From Lachnoclostridium sp. (GTDB taxonomy: Bacteria > Bacillota > Clostridia > Lachnospirales > Lachnospiraceae): a stretch of 64,000 bases of DNA. The number at the start of each line of letters is the position of its first letter. Position 1 is the first letter of the stretch. The stretch lies in the NCBI GenBank assembly GCA_021770065.1, contig JAETRR010000012.1, forward strand, positions 207-64,206, read 5' to 3'. A model generated the notes under the pieces. The model saw only the letters and a program-made list of their open reading frames with translations. It was not told where the DNA came from and did not search any database. This document shows, one piece after another, positions 58,866 to 64,000 of this stretch. A program made the position numbers and the translations under genes.

Positions 58866-60455
58866 ATGAAATTTTCACATAGATTTTTAGCTGCGGCTCT
58901 GGGCCTGGCTCTCTTTGGTTCTGCCTGTTTTCACCCCCTTAATGCAGATGCGGCCAAAAAGAAACGCGGACCTACGGCTGCAGAGATTGCCGCGGCAGAG
59001 CAGGCGGAACAGGAACGACAGGATGCCTATAACAAAGCCATTGATTCCAATCAGATAGAAAACTGGCCCCAGGGACCGCAGATTTATGCGGAGTCTGCCG
59101 TTATTATGGAGGCGGATACAGGTACAATCCTTTACAATAAGGATATGGATATGCGCAATTATCCCGCCAGCATTACCAAGATTATGACGGCGCTCATTAC
59201 ATTGGAGCACTGCTCTCTAGATGAAATTGTTACCTATTCCTACTATGCCACTCATTCCATTGAAGCCGGAAGCAGCAGTATCGGGCGGACAGAAGGGGAA
59301 GAGCTTACCGTTGAAGAATCTCTCTATGCACTTTTGCTCGAATCTGCCAATGAATGCGGCAATGCCCTGGCAGAGCATATAGCCGGCTCTGTAGAAGCTT
59401 TCGCAGATATGATGAATGAAAAAGCGGCGGAACTTGGATGTACGGGAACACATTTCGTAAATCCCCATGGACTTCACGACGAAAATCACTATACTACCGC
59501 CCATGATATGGCTTTGATTATGAAAGCCGCACTTGAGAATGAAAACTTTGTCCGCATCTCCGGAACGGGTAATTATGAACTGCGCGCTACCAATAAGAGT
59601 GATGATATCGTATATATGAAAAATCATCACTATATGATCGGCCCCTACAGGGGCGTCACCAAGTACCTTGATGATACGGTAATTGCCGGTAAAACCGGAG
59701 GAACCAGTGCAGCTAAGAATACACTTGTTACTGCCGCAGAGCGAAACGGCCTGACTTTGATTGTTGTTACTATGCGGACCGGATCGGATCCGAACTCAGA
59801 AAGAGGAATCCCTCTTTTCCCGGATACGGCCCTGCTTCTTGACTATGCCTCGGAAAATTTCAGCAAAATCAATGTAGCTGCAAACGAAACAAATTTTTCT
59901 GTAAACAGCTCCGGCTTTTTTCATACCGGAAGCTCTATTTTCGGACAGACGGAATCTTTGATTGAAATTAATAAAAATGATTACATTGTCCTTCCCAATG
60001 ATGTCCCCTTTACGGAGGCTTCACCCGAACTGACTTTTCAGAGTGCGGAAGATTCCGACGTTATTGCAGCCCTGGCTTATACCTGGCAGGGACAGCCTGT
60101 AGGCTCCGCCTCCATAGAGCTTGCCCAGTCAAAAATCCAGGCCTTTTCCTTTGATCGGGAAACAGGGGATCCGGCAGCCCCGGATATAGATAGTTCCAGC
60201 GAAACCGCACCGAAGAGATTTATTCAGATTAATATCCGTCTGGTTTTGACAGGTGTTCTCATTGCTGCGGCGGCTCTTCTGCTCTTTGCTGCAATCCGCA
60301 AGCTGTCAAAACAGTGGGATCTTATGGGAAAGCTGCGCCGCTTTCGTCTGCAAAAACACCGTAAACGCAAAAAACGCCGCCGGGTGACTCCAAGAAACCG
60401 CTATCAGCGGACGCCTAAAAAGCGGAATTCTCCGTATTCGGATTTAGATCTGTAA
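58866..60455 (+). CDS. D-alanyl-D-alanine carboxypeptidase (S11 family low-MW PBP) with a C-terminal TM anchor and basic tail
   Basis: It has a signal peptide and the motifs SITK (ASITKIMTAL), SAN (ESANE) and KTG (GKTGGT). The C-terminal TM is followed by an R/K-rich tail. Confidence 0.9.
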   Translation: MKFSHRFLAAALGLALFGSACFHPLNADAAKKKRGPTAAEIAAAEQAEQERQDAYNKAIDSNQIENWPQGPQIYAESAVIMEADTGTILYNKDMDMRNYPASITKIMTALITLEHCSLDEIVTYSYYATHSIEAGSSSIGRTEGEELTVEESLYALLLESANECGNALAEHIAGSVEAFADMMNEKAAELGCTGTHFVNPHGLHDENHYTTAHDMALIMKAALENENFVRISGTGNYELRATNKSDDIVYMKNHHYMIGPYRGVTKYLDDTVIAGKTGGTSAAKNTLVTAAERNGLTLIVVTMRTGSDPNSERGIPLFPDTALLLDYASENFSKINVAANETNFSVNSSGFFHTGSSIFGQTESLIEINKNDYIVLPNDVPFTEASPELTFQSAEDSDVIAALAYTWQGQPVGSASIELAQSKIQAFSFDRETGDPAAPDIDSSSETAPKRFIQINIRLVLTGVLIAAAALLLFAAIRKLSKQWDLMGKLRRFRLQKHRKRKKRRRVTPRNRYQRTPKKRNSPYSDLDL

Positions 60456-60460
60456 ATTGT

Positions 60461-60526
60461 AAAAATCGTTACAGACTGCCGCTGTCTCTATTTGTAATAA
60501 GCCGGCTGATTCTGTAACGATTTTTT
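60461..60526. terminator. bidirectional terminator-like long hairpin
   Basis: AAAAATCGTTACAGA (60461..60475) pairs with TCTGTAACGATTTTT (60511..60525) around a 35-nt loop. It is flanked by A and T runs. Confidence 0.6.
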
Positions 60527-60534
60527 AGTCTTTG

Positions 60535-61191
60535 TTATATTTTCCGAGCCTCCGCCATTCGTTCCCGGAATTGTTCGTAAAAGTCCCTGCTTTCTTCATA
60601 AGGTTTTAAATAAAATGTTTTCAGCAGATACATACTCAGACTCTTCTGATAGTTTCCCTCCTCCGTATGTTCCAGACGCCCAGACAGCGTTTTCAGGAAA
60701 TAGTGCCATTCTATAATAAAAGCCTCATTCTTTTTTACCTCCGGCGTATCAATCCATTTCTGCACCTTTACTTTTGTCTTCGGTTCCTTTCTGCATTCAT
60801 GTACCTGCAGAAAATACCGGAAACTTTCATTTTCATAGTAACGGCCCAGCGGGAAGATACGGCACATGCCCGGACGGAAAGAATGAATCAAGCAGCGGCC
60901 TTCCCGGCTTAAAAAGCCGCACTGTTCCCGCGAGCCTGTCATCTTTAAGTTGGGCAGTATAATTCCTTCTGCCGGATTCAGTTCAATCTCCTTTTCCAGA
61001 AAATCTTCAAAGGGGCGATGCAGGCCTGTAGTCAGGCGGAATATGTCATACGGATCCAGTACTATGCTGCTTCCCATTCCTCTGCAGCAGTCTGAGCAGC
61101 CCTGGCAGCCGCCGCAGTCTGCCCTCACCATATCGCGCAGGCCGTAAAACCGTCCGTCTGAGACTTCTCTCATGTCTATTTCACGTTCCAT
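60535..61191 (-). CDS. YkgJ family cysteine-cluster protein (UPF0153)
   Basis: The N-terminus carries CGGCQGCSDCC. Later Cys residues are typical of the family. Confidence 0.8.
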   Translation of the reverse strand: MEREIDMREVSDGRFYGLRDMVRADCGGCQGCSDCCRGMGSSIVLDPYDIFRLTTGLHRPFEDFLEKEIELNPAEGIILPNLKMTGSREQCGFLSREGRCLIHSFRPGMCRIFPLGRYYENESFRYFLQVHECRKEPKTKVKVQKWIDTPEVKKNEAFIIEWHYFLKTLSGRLEHTEEGNYQKSLSMYLLKTFYLKPYEESRDFYEQFRERMAEARKI

Positions 61192-61423
61192 CCCGGTTCT
61201 CCTTTATCTTATTATTCATTATTCTATTATCCGTAATTGCTACTGCCTTCTGGAAATATATTTCTCTTGCGGCAGTTCGTATAATAGAACTACTGTCTTT
61301 TCTTCACTTTTTACTTGTGTACTTATTTATTTTATGGTACACTCTTAACTGAAAGCTAGTCAAGAGAGATTTTTCAAGCAGGTAAAATGTTACGGGTTCT
61401 ACAATTTCATAGTTTTTATAAAT

Positions 61424-61481
61424 GTCGCTATAGCTCAGCCGGATAAAGCGACCGCTTCCTAAGCGGTAGATGGTTCGAGTC
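61424..61481 (+). pseudogene. 3'-truncated tRNA-Arg(CCU)-like fragment
   Basis: GTCGCTA-TA-GCTC...ACCGC-TTCCTAA-GCGGT-AGATG-GTTCGAGTC has an acceptor 5' half, a D arm, an intact anticodon arm (CCT) and the start of the T arm. There is no 3' T-stem and no acceptor complement. Confidence 0.55.
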
Positions 61482-61515
61482 TAAATTAGGAATACAAGTT
61501 CATATTTTTACAGAT

Positions 61516-61592
61516 GTCCACGTAGCTCAGCTGGATAGAGCACACGCCTCCTAAGCGTGGGGTCGGAGGTTCAAATCCTCTCGTGGACGCCA
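61516..61592 (+). tRNA. tRNA-Arg (anticodon CCU), CCA encoded
   Basis: GTCCACG-TA-GCTC-AGCTGGATA-GAGC-A-CACGC-CTCCTAA-GCGTG-GGGTC-GGAGG-TTCAAAT-CCTCT-CGTGGAC-GCCA forms a full cloverleaf. Confidence 0.92.
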
Positions 61593-61600
61593 GAAACAAC

Positions 61601-61639
61601 GCTGTAAGCCTTTGTTTTCAAGGGTTTACAGCTTTTTTT
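61601..61639 (+). terminator. intrinsic terminator after tRNA-Arg
   Basis: GCTGTAA (61601..61607) pairs with TTACAGC (61626..61632) and is followed by 7 T. Confidence 0.7.
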
Positions 61640-61787
61640 GTTCAGCCGTAATCCTTGGACAAAACCATCTTCCTTTGGTTGGAGGGTAGTTGATTGTTTA
61701 TGAGTTGCGATGTATATTTTGCTAATTGGAAACGAACAAAAATCTGTGCCTTGCTAATAAAAACTGCCTCTTTGCTAATTTGAGATT

Positions 61788-62465
61788 TCAGACCGCTTTT
61801 TGACCTGAAATCAGAGCTGCCAGGGTACTTGCAAGTTCCGGCGATTTTTGAAGCTGTTCAATCAACGCTGCCAGGTCTAATGTCTGCGCCTGGGTCTGTT
61901 CCTGTGGAGGTTCTACATTTCTCAAATCAGATTTTGCATAGAAAGCCCTCTCAAATTTCTGTGCATTGATTTTGCGATCCTCGTCGAGAATGTGGGCGTA
62001 GACTTTGGTAATCATATCAATTTCTGCATGGCCTGTGTGCCCTTCAGATCGCCGTGATTGAGTTTCAGCTTATAAGTTGTACTGGAATGTCTCAAAGAGT
62101 GAAATACGACGTTTGGAAGCCCTGCTTTTTGTTTCAGCAGCGAAAACTCTTTCTCAATAATTCGATTCTCACAAGGGCGGCCATTTGGCAGAGCTACCAC
62201 CAGGTCGAAGTCCTGGTATTCATCACCGAGAAAACCTTTCAATTCTTCCTGTGACTTTTTCCATTCCCGAAGAATGTAGGCGACTGTCTTAGGCAGCCAG
62301 ACTTTACGAATACTGGAATCTGTCTTTGGTTTTTTCAGGATCAACCGGGTGCTGGTATTCGGCATTAAAGGAGTGAAGATGGGGTCTGTATCCATTTTTT
62401 CTAAAACTTTTTTCAAACGCCGAAGTCCGCGCTGGATTCCTTCATGCACGGAGCTGATGCCGGAA
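61788..62465 (-). pseudogene. tyrosine recombinase (Tn916/Tn1549-like integrase) remnant: N-terminally truncated and frameshifted
   Basis: Catalytic-domain motifs KTDSSIRKVWLP and HSLRHSSTT are present. A frame change at about 62030 (GTQ then HAEIDMITKVYAH in another frame) separates the catalytic Tyr segment (61788..62015). No N-terminal DNA-binding domain is present. Confidence 0.75.
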
Positions 62466-62825
62466 CCCTCGCGGCTATGGCTGGACTGTGAAGCCACATA
62501 TCCCTTTGTAACCATCTCATTCCTCTTTATATTTGGATAATGCCGCTTTTTCGTCAGATTGTTCTCCGGGAGTGACGCCCAGTGTAGAAAACAATCTACG
62601 GCACACTGAGGGCGATAACCGTCCCATAAGAGTAGACCATATCCTTGTTTTCTGGCAAGTTTTTGAGCTTTGCGTAAAGCAGCTCCCAACTCTTTCGTTC
62701 CCACAATACGGTTTACTTTATATCCATCTACTGGTTTGCCTGTGAAATTATCCCATGTAGCATATTTGGCGTCCCAACGGACACCGGGCAGCATTTCATC
62801 TAAAAAACAAAGTTCTTTTCCATGG
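62466..62825 (-). pseudogene. vanX: vanX-type D-Ala-D-Ala dipeptidase remnant (first ~125 codons only, frameshifted at the start)
   Basis: FLDEMLPGVRWDAKYATWDNFTGKPVDGYKVNRIVGT...GYGLLLWDGYRP...KGYVASQSSHSR closely resembles recalled VanX sequences. Similarity ends after SSHSR and the reading frame continues into integrase sequence. Confidence 0.75.
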
Positions 62826-62828
62826 TGT

Positions 62829-63285
62829 TTACCTCCTGAGAGCCAGTCCAATCAAACGGTCAATGAGTTCCGAAAGGGTAAAGCCTGCCACAGTCATCAT
62901 GCGGGGATAGCGGCTATACGAAGTAAAACCAGGCATGGTATTTATTTCATTGAGAACAATCTGCCCATCCTCCCGCAAAAACAAATCAATGCGGGCCAGC
63001 CCTCTGCAGCCAAGTACCTGATAAATTTTCTTAGCCGTTTCCTGAATCCGTTTCCTTACCTCTGCCGGCAGGTCAGCCGGGAATTGAATTGTTGCGTTTT
63101 CAGATCCCTTTTCAGGCTGTGCTTCCTGATGAATCTTAAAAAAACCATGTTTCAGATTGATCTGATCAATTTCGCTAACAATCAGATCCGTACCGGTTCC
63201 CAATACAGCGCAGCCGACCTCACTTCCATAAATGGCCTGCTCCATCAATACTTTTCTGTCGTATTGCCTTGCTTCGTTTGAACAG
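62829..63285 (-). pseudogene. C-terminal half of a VanA/B/D-type D-Ala--D-Lac ligase (5'-truncated)
   Basis: ARQYDRKVLMEQAIYGSEVGCAVLG...FKIHQEAQPEKGSENA...LGCRGLARIDLFLREDGQIVLNEINTMPGFTSYSRYPRMM resembles the last ~150 aa of Van ligases. The N-terminal ATP-grasp half is absent. Confidence 0.75.
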
Positions 63286-63335
63286 GAACGATGATTCCTG
63301 CTCTTTACTACTCTCTTCATATAATCTGTTGTTGA

Positions 63336-64000
63336 TTATTTACGGCTGAAAATCTCTCGGGCCTTTTTCATATTCTGCCGGATTTTGACACCAAACGGAC
63401 AGTTAGGCTCGCACCGTCCGCACATCAGGCAATCGTCCGCCGTAGCCGAAAGCGCCCAATAATGCTGCGCCACTGTTTCCGGTACAGTGTCCTGTTGGAT
63501 TGCCAGATCCAGAAATTTGGTCACGGCGGCGATATCAATATGGGCAGGACAGGGCTGACAGTGGTTGCAGTACATACAGCGCCCGGTCATGTGAATGGTA
63601 TTTCCTCCACTGAAAATTTGAGCATAGCTGCGTTCTTCCTCGGTCACATCGTAATATTTTACCGCTTCCAGCACTTCTTCCACGGTGTGGCAGCCAACGA
63701 TCGCAACTTTTACGCCGTTGCGGTCCAGACAATACTGGATACACTGAGGAACCGTCATGGCCACGCCAAAGGGGGAGCTCTCCGCTTTCAGCAGCGTACC
63801 GGCGCCCAGGGGCTTCATTAACGGTGATCGCTACACTCTTGGCTTCACAGGCGGAATACAGCTTCTGACGTGCTTCATCTACCACCAGGCCGGTTTTTTC
63901 CATGCCCTTAAATTCCATTAGGTCGTAAATATCAGTGTCGGCTGCCTCCATATCGTAGGCGGGGTTGATGCTGAACATCAGAACGTCGATCCAGCCGCTT
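63336..64000 (-). pseudogene. aldo/keto reductase with a C-terminal 4Fe-4S domain; partial at the window edge with an apparent +1 frameshift
   Basis: The frame with ...DVLMFSINPAYD...AITV shifts at about 63819..63820 (GTTAATGAAG where GTTATGAAG would keep AITVMKPLGAG in frame). The C-terminus has CMYCNHCQPCP and CLMCGRCEPNCP. Confidence 0.6.

Overview
This is a 64-kb chromosomal window from a spore-forming Firmicute. Gene content (spmA/spmB, spoIID, SpoIIQ-like, bofA, abrB, sleL-like, hydF, reverse rubrerythrin) suggests a clostridial, Lachnospiraceae-like gut anaerobe; that is inference, not a search result. It holds about 55 protein genes, nearly all on the minus strand.

The backbone is the conserved origin-proximal housekeeping block known from Bacillus subtilis: tadA, ksgA/rsmA, yabD/tatD, metS/metG, abrB, yabC/rsmI, yabB, yaaT/ricT, holB, a yaaO-like decarboxylase, yaaL, bofA and yaaH/sleL-like, plus ileS and glgP. 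Five accessory modules interrupt it:
1. A 9-kb Tad/Flp pilus locus (3643..12647) sits between metG and tatD. It includes a 56-codon Flp pilin gene that is absent from the ORF track.
2. A 7.9-kb lactose/galactoside island lies between spmA and spmB.
3. A Fur/PerR-like regulator and a reverse rubrerythrin lie next to a SirTM-type sirtuin, a zinc macrodomain and a nucleotidyltransferase.
4. An AT-rich TRAP-transporter catabolic island spans 46.4-52.6 kb.
5. A decayed D-Ala-D-Lac ligase / vanX / integrase remnant lies beside tRNA-Arg (61.4-63.3 kb).

RNA features are tRNA-Ser(GCU), tRNA-Arg(CCU) plus a truncated second copy, and T-box leaders for metG and ileS.

The most unusual items:
- The SirTM/macro/NTase cluster lacks its canonical GcvH-L/LplA2 partners and carries a PerR-like box shared with the rubrerythrin promoter.
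- A 258-nt element bounded by perfect 34-bp inverted repeats folds into a three-way junction upstream of a GIY-YIG gene.
- Two families of short conserved hairpin modules sit immediately upstream of ribosome-binding sites of unrelated genes, one with a compensatory stem change.

No CRISPR array and no intact mobile element was seen. All calls rest on reading the sequence and on recalled family motifs. No database search was run.
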